Origin: an uncultured virus (IMG/VR IMGVR_UViG_3300005458_000017)
Lineage: Duplodnaviria; Heunggongvirae; Uroviricota; Caudoviricetes
Length of the DNA stretch: 64,000 nt
Strand: one strand, 5' to 3'
Virus record (IMG/VR): IMGVR_UViG_3300005458_000017
The notes beneath the pieces were generated by a model. It made no database searches and was not told the origin of the DNA. It saw only the letters and a list, made by a program, of their open reading frames with translations. This document shows, piece after piece, positions 19,337 to 29,687 of the stretch (position 1 is the stretch's first letter; every line of letters begins with the position of its first letter). Position numbers and translations under genes: made by a program.

Positions 19337-22300
19337 TTATTTGAAGCCGACAGCCTTATTAACCAGGCCTTCAATGAGGCCGGTGGGCTTCTTGAAGCGG
19401 CTCGCCGCCTCCTGCTGGCTGCGTTTCGGCACGTTGGCGAGGTACTTTCGCGCCGCGGCGCTGGGGTTCTTCTGGTCGAGCGCCTGGTCACGCACGCCCT
19501 CGCCGACGCTCTCCTTCTTGTGAAGCGTATTCGACAGCGTGCTGTAGGGGCTGATAAGACCCCTAGCGAGATAGTCGGCACCTTGGCCAACGACTTTAGC
19601 CGCGGCCGGCAGCGAGCCCTGGCCGGCGTTGCGGAGATCGCCCGGCTCGATGATGTTCTTGCCACGGTAGTCCTTGCCGCTGAGTGCCTGGTATCCGGTG
19701 GAGATCAGCGGTGATACCGTGAGCGTACTGCGCGCTGCCGAGCCGATATCCTCCTCACCCTTGCGGATGGCATTGAGATGCGACGGGACCGCCAGCGAGC
19801 CGCGGCGCTGCTGGCTGGCGGCTGGGTTGCCGGTGAGTTTTTGCGCACCTTTGTCAAGCAGCGGATAGACAATAAAAGAGAGCAGTCCGAGCGCCACCAA
19901 ATTGCCGATCGCATGCAGCTTGTCGCCGCCACTACCCTTGATCAGGTCCTTGGCGATGTTTCCATACGAGTTACCCATCCCGACGTGATAGCGACCGAAG
20001 ACCATGGGAATCTGATCCTGCATCAACTGGCTGAACCCGCGCGATCCGAACAGCGTCGGTGGCACGCGATAATTCGGGATGTGGCGTTCGGCCGCGGTGA
20101 TCGCCTGGTCCAGCGTCATACCCTGGCGCTCATGTCGCATCACCGCCTCAGTGAGAAACACGTCGTTCACCGCCCACATGACATGCTGTGATGCCTTGTA
20201 GATCGCCTTGGCAAGGTCGGAAGGTCCGATCCCAAACGCCCTCGCGATCGGGTCCCACCGCGACGGATTCTTCTCAATATCCTCGCCGACGCCCTTGGCA
20301 AACTTGTTGAGGAAATCCTGCGACGCCACACCGCCATAGATCGTGCCACCCGCGGCGTCACGGATTTTGGTCTGATACGCATCTTGGGTGATCACCGATT
20401 TGAACGCCCGTGGCATCTCGGACATAAGGTGTCCGTATTCCATAGGCTTGAGCCAGTTCTCGCCACGCTCGACGAACCAGTGGACGCCAACGTTGTTGAT
20501 GTGCGCAGTCGGCAGCCAGAAGATCGTCTTGGTGATCGCCTGCGAGAGGCGTCGCAGCCAGTTCAACGCCGGCACCCCGAAGCCGGGTTCGGCAAAATCG
20601 TCCATCGCATAAGCCAGTTGCGGGTCCATCTTCCAACCCTTGAAGTTCGGCAGTTTGGTCCCAATCCAGCCCTCGGGCGCTTCCTTGGCAGAGGGCGTGG
20701 CGAACTGCTTGAAGGTGTCGTTGCCCTTCATGTCCTCCAGAAACTGCAACTGCCGCGCGATGTTACCGAGGTCGCGGTTGGCAACGCCGGCCGACAGCGC
20801 GATGTTGTGGAAGTACTTCACCTTCTTGCCACCCTCGAAGCGGGCGTGTTGCTCGATCTCGGGTGTCATCGCCTGCTTCATCGTGAAAGTATCGTTGCCG
20901 ACCTGGTACTTGCCGCCCTCCTCGAACGCGAAGTTCGGGTCCTTCACGCGTTGCCCGTTGCCATCCTTCATGATAGTGAAGCCGTCCTTGTTGAGCGAAA
21001 TAATGTGGCGCTGCCCCGTGGTGTCGTTCTCCAGCGCGACGAACCGACGCTCCAATCCGGTGCCTTTCGCCTTCGTGCCGATCCCGAGCGCGCCTTCGAT
21101 CGGATTTTCGCTCGTGCCGGATTTCAGGATATTATACTCGGGCGTGCCACCTTTGGTGATGCGGTAAACGTGGTTCGACACTTTCGGGCCAAGCAACCCG
21201 GGCCAGATTTTGTTGATGTTCTCGAACAGTTTGTTATCTTCGTCGAGCACTGGCTTGATGTGTTGATTATAGGCCGCCTGCTCCTGTGGATCGAGGTTGC
21301 CGATCGTGTTGCTTTCGTGCGCGAAGTACATCCGTTCGATCGGGCTGGAACTGGAGCCTTTGGAGTTCTTGAATAACCAGGCGGGCAGCGTCTTCTGCCA
21401 TTTCAAAAGCCCGAGCGCGTGGCTGATGCTGCCTTGCCGCAACCGGTGAAACTCTTTCCCCATCGAACGCGCTAGCGCTTCCGCCGGCGTCTTGGTGTCG
21501 CGGGCAAGGTAGCTGGTGGCGACGGTTCGCTTCCAGTAACTTGATTTCGCCGGCTCTGATTTCAACTCGTCAGACTTCGCGGGGCCAAATTCGCGTCCAC
21601 TCGTCAGGTCAAGGTTTTCTCCGACCTTGCTCCCTTTGCCGAGGAGCGCTGCTTTGACGTCGTCCGTGATCTTGTCGATGTCGGCAGAACCGCGGTCGTC
21701 TTTGACGAATTGGTCCCATAGGTCCTTGACAGGTCCCTTCTTGACGAGATCAACATGCGTGATGTTCGAATTTGCGTCGGCCGCCTTCTTCTGGGCTGCC
21801 TCACGCTCAATTTCCTTGGCGTGCGCCTTGATCCACTCTGGCGACTTGACTTCGGGCTTGGGACCGGCCGCAAGGCGCGCTGCACGCTGGCGCTGCAACT
21901 TCTCGGCTTGAGCCTCTTTTTGTTTGGCGACGACGTCCTTCCAGCTTTCCTTCGGCACAGTCTCGGCATCGAGCGCTTCAGCGATCTCAGCGTGATCTGC
22001 GGGCTTGGAGATATCGAGCGCCTTGCCTGTCTCGGCAGGGATATCTTCTTTACCCTTGACGTGCTCGAACGTAGCAGATTCATGGGGCGCATCGTCGGGC
22101 TCTGCTTGCGCGATGCCCTCACGATGCTCGTTACCTTCGGCCTGCTCAACGGTGGGACGGTGGGACCGCCCGATATCGGCTTCGATACGGTTGCCCTGTC
22201 GAACCTGGTCGACCGCATCTTTATTGTCGGACCGCAGCAACTTCTCGTCGGCTACGAATTTATCAACGGAGATTTTTTTCGCAGCCAGTTGCTTCGCCGA

Positions 22301-24526
22301 ACGCGCCAGCATGTATTCCGCCGGCTTGACGTTGGGGCGGTACGCCAGGAGGTGCTTGGTGGTGTCAGCAGTGATCGCCTCGGCGCGAGAACGTGTCTGC
22401 TCCGGCGTCTCGTTCTCAAGCGGTACATGCTTTTCGAACGCGGTCTTCAAACCGTTATACGCATCCACTTTTCGCGCCAGATCAGCCTTGGAGCGGGCTT
22501 CCACGGTCACGTCGCCGATCTGCGCCTTGAGGTTATCCTTGGTGGGACGTAGACGGGCAACTTCGAGCTTCTCTGGCACCTTGCCGGTCTTGAGCATCAC
22601 GTCGGCTTTGGCGGCAGCGAGCGCCTGCTCCTTGCCGGTCATCCCCTCGATCGCGTCGGCGAGCTTGGCGTGCGCTGGATCGGCGCTCTCGCGCAAACGC
22701 TTTACCGTGGCGGTAACGACCTTCGGTACGATCGGCACCGCGCCCTGGATCGGCGGCAGTTGATATGGTGCTTCTTCGTTTGCCGGCGTTACGTCGGGGG
22801 CTTCTTCAGCCACAGGTCGCTGAACTCCTTCCTCGAAATTTTTCGAGTATGGCTTGGTCTTTTTGGCGGGGTTTTTGGCCCACTGTGTGATCTCGTCTTC
22901 AGTAGCCTTCGTAATGGCGCCCAGTCGTTCTGGTCCACGCTGATCAGAAAAGCCCGCATTATATAACTCACGCACCCGATCAGGCGTCGTCGTGTGCGCG
23001 AACACCTTGTGTTCGTCGAACTTGCCGGTCTCGGCGTTTTTCTGGTCGACGACATAATGGTTCTCCCCTCCTTGCGGATCGAACGCGATATCGAGGTTGT
23101 CTCCATCCGCGCCGCGCGTGCCTTTGATATCGCCGTAATGGTATGGCATCACGACTTCCCACGCGGGCTCAAAGCCGGGCTTGGACTTGCGGATCGAACC
23201 CGCCGCATTCTCAATCGAGATCGGCTTGCCGGCGAAGCGCTCGTGACCCTTCTTCTGGTTGCCAGCCTCGATCTGCGCCGCCGACGGCTCCGGGTTGGCT
23301 TCCTTCGCCGCTTCGGTAACTGCCGCGGTTTTCGGATGGATTTGCTGCGCCGCCTTCGAGGCGGCGATTGCGTCTTGCGCCGCTTTCGGCCGCGACAGCG
23401 TGAGCGTCGGCTTGTTCGCGTTTACCTGCGCTGCGCGAACGATCCCGGTGTCGACCGGCTGCTCAGCGGGCATGGGTGGTTGTGCAGCGGCTTCGGTGAT
23501 CCCGGTCTGCATGGGAAGCTGTTCGCCGGGATTGTCAGGTCCTGGACGCAGCACCCGCGGACCGGACGTGTTCAGCCAGCTTTCCTCCGGTGCAAGCGCC
23601 GCTTCCGTCGCCGGGTCCATGTCGCCAGTTGTGAGTGTGTCTTGACCACCAAATAACTTCTTGGTTTTGCTATATATTCGATTCGAACGCGACGGGGCCG
23701 ACTGCGGGTTACCCGTGGTCTCGGTCGAGCGAACGGGCGACTGCTCTGTCACCCCGCCACGCGCTACGCTGGGAGTCTGACCCTGGCCGGCGTCGGCTTG
23801 CGCCTGCGCGTCCTCTGGACGCGGCTCGACGTTCGGCCGTCCGGGAACGAACTTCCTCGCTGCACCGCGCCCTGCACCTTCGACGGCGGCGCCTAGGCGA
23901 TTGGTGTTGGGTGCGATGGCGCCGGCCGCGACATTCAGCGCGATCTTGGTAGGGTCCCAGTCTTCGCTGCCGATCGCCTGTCGACCGGCCTCGATGCCAC
24001 CCATCACGCCGGCGCCGATCCCGCGAGCAGCAAGGGTTGCTGCTTTCGCCGGATTAAAACCCACCATGTTGCCAGCGAGATCGCCAGCGATTGCCGACTT
24101 CGGATTCGCTTCGGCGTTTACCGCCTGCTGAACGCTATCGTCGAGGCCGAGCGCTTCCTTGGCGAGGTCCTGCGCTTTACCGACAAGGGCCGCACCGCCG
24201 AACGCGCCTCCCACGGCACCGAGAACCCCGCCGACCAATGTGCCGACACCGGGGGCGATCGCGGTACCAATCCCGGCCCCCACCTCAGCACCAGCGCCAG
24301 CACCGGCGAGTCCACCCAATCCTGGGATTACGCTACTGGCCGCGGCACGCACGCCGGTCTTTAGGGGTGATTCGGGTTGCGGTCGGTCGAGCCCGATTTG
24401 CTCGTCCGAGAGCAGCCCGACGTCTTGGTCAGACAACATCGGGTCTTGGCGCGGCGCGGGGGTGTCGATGCCTACGGCGTCATCAGACAACAACCCGACG
24501 TCCGTATCAGAAAGCATTTCGGACAT
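19337..24526 (-). CDS. Large internal/ejection (polyvalent) protein with inorganic pyrophosphatase-like domain
   Basis: 1729 aa; Gly/Ala hydrophobic N-terminus; ISIEN..GS.R...YG.IKGT.GADGD.LD...DQ....G.FDEHKV. Confidence 0.85.
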   Translation of the reverse strand: MSEMLSDTDVGLLSDDAVGIDTPAPRQDPMLSDQDVGLLSDEQIGLDRPQPESPLKTGVRAAASSVIPGLGGLAGAGAGAEVGAGIGTAIAPGVGTLVGGVLGAVGGAFGGAALVGKAQDLAKEALGLDDSVQQAVNAEANPKSAIAGDLAGNMVGFNPAKAATLAARGIGAGVMGGIEAGRQAIGSEDWDPTKIALNVAAGAIAPNTNRLGAAVEGAGRGAARKFVPGRPNVEPRPEDAQAQADAGQGQTPSVARGGVTEQSPVRSTETTGNPQSAPSRSNRIYSKTKKLFGGQDTLTTGDMDPATEAALAPEESWLNTSGPRVLRPGPDNPGEQLPMQTGITEAAAQPPMPAEQPVDTGIVRAAQVNANKPTLTLSRPKAAQDAIAASKAAQQIHPKTAAVTEAAKEANPEPSAAQIEAGNQKKGHERFAGKPISIENAAGSIRKSKPGFEPAWEVVMPYHYGDIKGTRGADGDNLDIAFDPQGGENHYVVDQKNAETGKFDEHKVFAHTTTPDRVRELYNAGFSDQRGPERLGAITKATEDEITQWAKNPAKKTKPYSKNFEEGVQRPVAEEAPDVTPANEEAPYQLPPIQGAVPIVPKVVTATVKRLRESADPAHAKLADAIEGMTGKEQALAAAKADVMLKTGKVPEKLEVARLRPTKDNLKAQIGDVTVEARSKADLARKVDAYNGLKTAFEKHVPLENETPEQTRSRAEAITADTTKHLLAYRPNVKPAEYMLARSAKQLAAKKISVDKFVADEKLLRSDNKDAVDQVRQGNRIEADIGRSHRPTVEQAEGNEHREGIAQAEPDDAPHESATFEHVKGKEDIPAETGKALDISKPADHAEIAEALDAETVPKESWKDVVAKQKEAQAEKLQRQRAARLAAGPKPEVKSPEWIKAHAKEIEREAAQKKAADANSNITHVDLVKKGPVKDLWDQFVKDDRGSADIDKITDDVKAALLGKGSKVGENLDLTSGREFGPAKSDELKSEPAKSSYWKRTVATSYLARDTKTPAEALARSMGKEFHRLRQGSISHALGLLKWQKTLPAWLFKNSKGSSSSPIERMYFAHESNTIGNLDPQEQAAYNQHIKPVLDEDNKLFENINKIWPGLLGPKVSNHVYRITKGGTPEYNILKSGTSENPIEGALGIGTKAKGTGLERRFVALENDTTGQRHIISLNKDGFTIMKDGNGQRVKDPNFAFEEGGKYQVGNDTFTMKQAMTPEIEQHARFEGGKKVKYFHNIALSAGVANRDLGNIARQLQFLEDMKGNDTFKQFATPSAKEAPEGWIGTKLPNFKGWKMDPQLAYAMDDFAEPGFGVPALNWLRRLSQAITKTIFWLPTAHINNVGVHWFVERGENWLKPMEYGHLMSEMPRAFKSVITQDAYQTKIRDAAGGTIYGGVASQDFLNKFAKGVGEDIEKNPSRWDPIARAFGIGPSDLAKAIYKASQHVMWAVNDVFLTEAVMRHERQGMTLDQAITAAERHIPNYRVPPTLFGSRGFSQLMQDQIPMVFGRYHVGMGNSYGNIAKDLIKGSGGDKLHAIGNLVALGLLSFIVYPLLDKGAQKLTGNPAASQQRRGSLAVPSHLNAIRKGEEDIGSAARSTLTVSPLISTGYQALSGKDYRGKNIIEPGDLRNAGQGSLPAAAKVVGQGADYLARGLISPYSTLSNTLHKKESVGEGVRDQALDQKNPSAAARKYLANVPKRSQQEAASRFKKPTGLIEGLVNKAVGFK

Positions 24527-24588
24527 TTAACGGGACGGTAAGAACCCCAGGGCTAAAATAGAATTACTCGATCCCAGAGGAGGGGAAG

Positions 24589-24918
24589 TTGAGCTATAGA
24601 GCCACGACCCTATTACTCACCATGTCGCTGTCGACCGTCGCGCAGGCGCAATTGGTCGGGGCGGAGCGCGAGACGTTTTCGGAAGGCGCATTCAAAACTT
24701 GTTTTCAAAAACTGGAACGCGACACCCCGGCACGCCCCGCCGTGACCCGTGGGTATTTTTGCTTTTGTTATGTCAACGATCTCGCTGACCACGTTTCGCC
24801 GAACGAATTTCAGGCGATGGCAGAATTGCTGACTGCGGGAAAGGTTGAAGCGACACAAGCGAAAATGGCGCCGTTCACTAGAGCGGGCAACCTGAAATGT
24901 GCTGCGATTTTGCGATAG
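24589..24918 (+). CDS. Secreted/periplasmic Cys protein on the opposite strand (moron-like)
   Basis: Signal peptide ending AQA; C...CFC...C; GGAGG RBS. Confidence 0.7.
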   Translation: MSYRATTLLLTMSLSTVAQAQLVGAERETFSEGAFKTCFQKLERDTPARPAVTRGYFCFCYVNDLADHVSPNEFQAMAELLTAGKVEATQAKMAPFTRAGNLKCAAILR

Positions 24919-24925
24919 CGTGCTA

Positions 24926-25186
24926 TTACGTTGGCGACACGAAGTGCATTGCCGAGATCGTACGATAGGCCCGCTTACGCGGTTTCCTAATTTTGGCGAC
25001 CCACGCATCCAGTTCTTGTACCGGGTACACGAGGTTCCCGTTCTCACGGCGAAACTTCGGACCCTTCCCGCGTTTAGCGAGTGCAGCCAACGCCTTGGCT
25101 CCGAGAACCATGCCGTGAACGTCTGCTAGATATTTTCCGGCCGTACTTCGAAGTAGGAATGCCGGCCAACTTTTTTCAGTGTTCAT
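24926..25186 (-). CDS. Excisionase/AlpA-like HTH protein
   Basis: A..YL, LA..GKGPKF...G...YP..ELDAW. Confidence 0.7.
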   Translation of the reverse strand: MNTEKSWPAFLLRSTAGKYLADVHGMVLGAKALAALAKRGKGPKFRRENGNLVYPVQELDAWVAKIRKPRKRAYRTISAMHFVSPT

Positions 25187-25203
25187 GCCGCTACATATAC
25201 GCG

Positions 25204-26733
25204 TTATTGCACCGGTTGCCAGCCGGTGCCCATCCACTTGAATTTGCCCTTCGGCGTATCATAGACCTGATTAAGTACGCGCTTCTCGGCCGGCGGCACG
25301 CCGGTGTTTGACTGTTGCGCTGGTGCCTGCTGCGGCGCGACTGACGTCGGCGTGTCACCCTGGGGGAGCTTTACCCCGACCTGTTGGTAAAGTTTCGCGA
25401 TATCGTCCGTGCTCATACCGGGATTAGACATTAGTCGTGCGTTGGCTAGATGTGCCGCGTTCCGCTGTTGCGCATCGCCATGATTCAATTCCATCTGTTT
25501 GAGTTGTCGCGCTAGATTCTCGCGTAGGAATGCCACTCGGTTAGCAGAAGATTCTTTGCGTCCTTCGGCGGTCACGGTGGCGGCGTCAACTTTTCCACCA
25601 GCCATGATCTTGGCTTTCTCGCGGTCCTGTACACCCTTCTCCTTGGCAACATCGACTTTGACGCCGCGCTCAAGCTCCTTCTCTTCCTGCGTGTTCATCC
25701 ACTGCTGGCGTGCCGGCTCGGTGCCGACGTTCCCCTTGCCGAAGATCGCAGTCGATCTTGCTTCTGCTTCATCGCCATAGTTGGTCTTGTTCGGCTCCTT
25801 GGGGCCGAGGTAGTGGCCATGCTCGTCGTGTGTGCCCGGGATCGCCGGCTGATCGGCATCGACGGCATCACGCGCAATTGGCTTGCCGGTTTTCACAGCC
25901 TCGCTGTCGGGCGCTTGACCTGGGTTGTATCCAGACTGAGCATCACCTTTGTCGGCGGACTGGTTGCCGCCAACCAGCGTCGCTCCCACCTTGGCAAGTG
26001 CAACAGGGATACCGCCTGTTTCTATGAGACGGTCCCACTGGCTCGTATTCGAAAAATCCAGGTACTTGGCAAACTGTTGCGGGGTCATCTCGAACGTCTG
26101 TCGTTGCGACGTCCCCGGAAGAAGTACCGTGGCGGTAACGCCAAGCCGGTCAGCGTGAAACGCCACGCTCGATCCGTCCGGCACATGCGCGCCGGCTTTT
26201 GTCGCCGCATCCGCAGCGGCGGCCAGATCGCTCGGCTTGCCGTCGGTACCGTTGGCCGCAGCGAGGGCGAACGCCTGTTTCGCGTTGAACGCCATCCGAT
26301 TGTATTGCAGCATCCTCCACGCGTCGTGGTGACCACCGGAGACAGCGGCCTCGTGGATGGCGAGAATGTTCGCGTCGTCATCTGACATACCGGGCTGCTT
26401 CACCGCATTAACCCGCGCCTCGGCTTCCTGCGGCGACATGGCGTCGGCGCCCATCAGGTAGCTTGCGATGCGCTTCGCACCGCCACCCAGATCAGGCGGC
26501 GCCGCATCCGGATCGCCCGTGTTGGGGATCGGGCCCTGTCGACCAAATGTGTTCGCAAGACCGCTTTCAGCCGCTTGCGCCCCGCTCTGGATCGGGTTGC
26601 CTTCCGGCGGATTCATGTAGGGAGAAGTCTGCCCGGGCTGGTTACCTGGCACGGACGTGTTGAGGCCGTCGCTCTCGTCCTCGGGCGGCGACCAGCTTTC
26701 GCCAGGATCGCTCTCTTCCTGATACATAGACAT
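25204..26733 (-). CDS. Putative internal virion/ejection protein
   Basis: 509 aa; position; C-terminal YDTPKG..KW.GTGW. Confidence 0.7.
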   Translation of the reverse strand: MSMYQEESDPGESWSPPEDESDGLNTSVPGNQPGQTSPYMNPPEGNPIQSGAQAAESGLANTFGRQGPIPNTGDPDAAPPDLGGGAKRIASYLMGADAMSPQEAEARVNAVKQPGMSDDDANILAIHEAAVSGGHHDAWRMLQYNRMAFNAKQAFALAAANGTDGKPSDLAAAADAATKAGAHVPDGSSVAFHADRLGVTATVLLPGTSQRQTFEMTPQQFAKYLDFSNTSQWDRLIETGGIPVALAKVGATLVGGNQSADKGDAQSGYNPGQAPDSEAVKTGKPIARDAVDADQPAIPGTHDEHGHYLGPKEPNKTNYGDEAEARSTAIFGKGNVGTEPARQQWMNTQEEKELERGVKVDVAKEKGVQDREKAKIMAGGKVDAATVTAEGRKESSANRVAFLRENLARQLKQMELNHGDAQQRNAAHLANARLMSNPGMSTDDIAKLYQQVGVKLPQGDTPTSVAPQQAPAQQSNTGVPPAEKRVLNQVYDTPKGKFKWMGTGWQPVQ

Positions 26734-27546
26734 TTATGCGGCCTCCTGGTCGTCATCCGGGATCGCGCCGCTATCATCATTTGAAGCTACTCGCTTGCCG
26801 AAAGGATTATTCGTTGGCGGCAGGGGACCGGGCGCAGGTTGCTCGCGTTGCTGGCCATATGGGTTACCGGGCACGGCCGGCATTGTAGCGGATAACCGTG
26901 TTCGTTTGCCGAACGGATTATTCGTTGGCGGTAGCGGACCTGGCATGGGTTGATCGCGTTGCTGACCATACGGATTGCCCGGCACGGCCGGCATCGAAGA
27001 CGCCATATCCTGCTCACCGCCCCCCAGCCCATGTAACTTCCGACCATAGGATAGCGCGTTGTCGACAGTGGCGATCGCAGCGTTGATGCGCTGTTGAAAA
27101 TGATCCATGTGATCGGGGGTTTGAGTATCGTCCCCGCCGGGCGTCGCATCGCCATCGCCGTCGTCATCGGTCACCAGGCCGCCGTCGGCGAATCCTGTTG
27201 GTGTAAAATTAAAACCACTTGGGCCAGTAGTATATTTCCCCGGCAGGCGAGAGCCGCCCGGACCACCAGTCATCGCGCTTTCATAAGCGTTGTACCCGGA
27301 CAACTGGCTGTCGGAGAGCGGCTTGTAAGAGAGGCCGTTAGGTCCACTTGAATATACGCCCGGCGTCGGGTTACCGCTGGCATCGCCGATCTTCCCTGCG
27401 GTGTAGTCATAGGCACCGCCCATACCAGGGCCATCCGCGGGGGTTGACCCGCCGAAGTCGGACACAGAGGTGCCGCCGGTTTGGGAGCCGGCGTTACCGC
27501 CGCCTGCGCCCATGGCGCCATCGAGCGAGAAATCTTTGGGCGGCAT
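26734..27546 (-). CDS. Gly/Pro-rich putative virion protein with internal 31-aa duplication
   Basis: FADGG motif; MPAVPGNPYGQQR..P.PGPLPPTNNPFGKR twice. Confidence 0.7.
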   Translation of the reverse strand: MPPKDFSLDGAMGAGGGNAGSQTGGTSVSDFGGSTPADGPGMGGAYDYTAGKIGDASGNPTPGVYSSGPNGLSYKPLSDSQLSGYNAYESAMTGGPGGSRLPGKYTTGPSGFNFTPTGFADGGLVTDDDGDGDATPGGDDTQTPDHMDHFQQRINAAIATVDNALSYGRKLHGLGGGEQDMASSMPAVPGNPYGQQRDQPMPGPLPPTNNPFGKRTRLSATMPAVPGNPYGQQREQPAPGPLPPTNNPFGKRVASNDDSGAIPDDDQEAA

Positions 27547-27548
27547 CG

Positions 27549-29006
27549 TTACCTCGCCATCATCTGGTGGTGGTGGTGGTGGCGCGCCTGATGGATCATC
27601 CGCGCCTTGCGGGACTGCGCGATCAGCTTCTGGAAGAACTCGCTGCCCTTGTGCGCAACGACGTCTCGCGGCATCACAAACTCGCCGGCATTGACGTTCG
27701 CCTTGATGTCGTCGACCTGTCGACCGCGGGATGGCGATGCCGCGGCCGGGATATTCCCGCCGCGAGTAAGATTGATACGCGGTTGAGGGTGCACCATGCC
27801 GCCGCGCGCATACGCCCCGCCCATATCATAATCGTCGCTGGGGGCGCTGTAGTCCCCGGCGTAGAAGTCGCCACCTGGATTGCTCGTGTCGGCGCCGTTG
27901 CCGCTGAATGTATCCCCGCCGCTAAGTTCGGTTCCGGGATCGCTGCCGAAGTCGAACGTACCGTCCATGGAGCCATCGCCGCCGGCGTCAGTGGCGCCAA
28001 ACTCCTGACCAGGATCGCCAAAGTCGAACCCGCCGCTCATACTGCCGTCGCCACCAAAGTCGGTGACCGGGAAGTCTCCCGAATTAGCGTCAAAACTATT
28101 CCCGCCGCCAAAATTAGGTGTGGTGAACCCAAGCGAGCCGGCGCCGCTGTGATCCGGCATGAAGGACGACCTGCCACCGCCCGCACCGCTGCCGGCTCCC
28201 CCACTGCCATCGCCGCCGCCAGCGCCGCTGCTACGTCCCCCGTTCTGGTTGCCCGGCCCGGATGAAGACCCCGACGATCCCGACTGCGAGCGCTGCGCCA
28301 CCGGCGAAAGGGGTATACCCGTCGCCGTCTTCAGGAAATCGTTCGGCAGCGACATCAGGTTGCGGCCGGTGTTGGCGTTGGCGAGCGACGCGTTGCTTGC
28401 CCCGGTATTGGCAGCGATCGCCGTGTTGTTGACATTCGCAATCGCCGAGGGGAGTTGCGCGCCCACCTGCACCGCCTCGCTGCGTAGACGCTGCCCGGTC
28501 GCGATATCCGCATTACGTTGCGTGTTCTCGGCACCGGCGACATTGGCTGCATTCTGGACCTGCGAAGCCTTGTCCAGCGCCGCGTACCGCCCCGAGGACG
28601 GGTCGATCCCATAAGACTTCAGGGCTTCCTCGGAGTTGTGAAGCGCAGCGTCGCCGGCTTGCGCTTGGGTGGCTCCGGCCTGGCCCATGTCCACGGCCAT
28701 GCGCGCGGGCGAAGCGTAGCTGTTCGCGTCTGCCACAAGCTGCGCGTTCTCCGGCGCGAACAAGTTGTTGTATTGGCCGGTGAGGTTGTTCGACAGTCCC
28801 ATCATCTGCTGGGAGGTGTTGAAGAAGTTGCCCACCGCCTGGTTGGTGATCTGCGAGGTCTGCGCAAATACACCTTGCGCCCAGTTATACATCTGGTTGG
28901 CGAGCCCAGCGGCGACACCCGAAAGCTGGTCGAGGATCGAGTTTTCCGGTGTCGAGACAACTTCCGGATTCGACGAGCTACTGCTCGAATTGGAGGAGAA
29001 CGACAT
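27549..29006 (-). CDS. Putative DNA-pilot/ejection protein
   Basis: YGIDPSSGRY, Ala/Asn/Gln-rich, Gly/Asp linker, C-terminal DDI.A....GEFVMPRDVV..KG. Confidence 0.75.
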   Translation of the reverse strand: MSFSSNSSSSSSNPEVVSTPENSILDQLSGVAAGLANQMYNWAQGVFAQTSQITNQAVGNFFNTSQQMMGLSNNLTGQYNNLFAPENAQLVADANSYASPARMAVDMGQAGATQAQAGDAALHNSEEALKSYGIDPSSGRYAALDKASQVQNAANVAGAENTQRNADIATGQRLRSEAVQVGAQLPSAIANVNNTAIAANTGASNASLANANTGRNLMSLPNDFLKTATGIPLSPVAQRSQSGSSGSSSGPGNQNGGRSSGAGGGDGSGGAGSGAGGGRSSFMPDHSGAGSLGFTTPNFGGGNSFDANSGDFPVTDFGGDGSMSGGFDFGDPGQEFGATDAGGDGSMDGTFDFGSDPGTELSGGDTFSGNGADTSNPGGDFYAGDYSAPSDDYDMGGAYARGGMVHPQPRINLTRGGNIPAAASPSRGRQVDDIKANVNAGEFVMPRDVVAHKGSEFFQKLIAQSRKARMIHQARHHHHHQMMAR

Positions 29007-29066
29007 ATAGAAGCCCCAGATAACGGTCTTCCAACCGCTAAGTGGAGTGGCTTAAAGCATAGTTAT

Positions 29067-29687
29067 TCAGGGCGTCATGGTCACTTTAAGCGCCTGAGAG
29101 ATCGAGAAACTCTCGTGTTTCGCGCTACTATCGGTCCCACCGGGCGGTTTTGACTTCTGGTCGGTGATCGCCGGGAAGCCCGTCACAGGCCCGAACACCG
29201 GCGAGAAGACTGGCACCTTGCTCCCGACCTTGAGGATTTTGTCTGCCACCGTGAACACGCCGACCGCGCTACCACCGGCAGAGACGCCCCCTGGCATGGC
29301 GCCGAGGTCGATCTTGATATCGAAACTATCGAAAATCTTCGCGGGGAGCTTGATCCAGATGTTCACGAACTTGGTGGCGCCGAAGTTGGAAAATACGCCC
29401 CAGCCGGTCACGAACGCCTCGCCAGTGAACAGCTTGTGACTGAGGTGATCCTTGGAGGTGAGCGGGTAGGTCGCTGTCAACGAACCCGGACCTTTATAGA
29501 ATCCAACCGGCGGGGTGATCGGGAAGAAAGCAGTAGGGCCCTTTTGGGTCGGAGTTGCGATCAAGCCGCCGGTAGGATCACCTAACGCGATACCCCACTG
29601 GACCACAGCAACCGCCCAGCGGCCACCAGCGAAGTTCACGTCGATGATCTCTTCGAGGTAGCCGACTTCGTAGGGGGCATCAGCCAC
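29067..29687 (-). CDS. Hypothetical tail-region protein
   Basis: ORF in tail operon. Confidence 0.65.
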   Translation of the reverse strand: MADAPYEVGYLEEIIDVNFAGGRWAVAVVQWGIALGDPTGGLIATPTQKGPTAFFPITPPVGFYKGPGSLTATYPLTSKDHLSHKLFTGEAFVTGWGVFSNFGATKFVNIWIKLPAKIFDSFDIKIDLGAMPGGVSAGGSAVGVFTVADKILKVGSKVPVFSPVFGPVTGFPAITDQKSKPPGGTDSSAKHESFSISQALKVTMTP

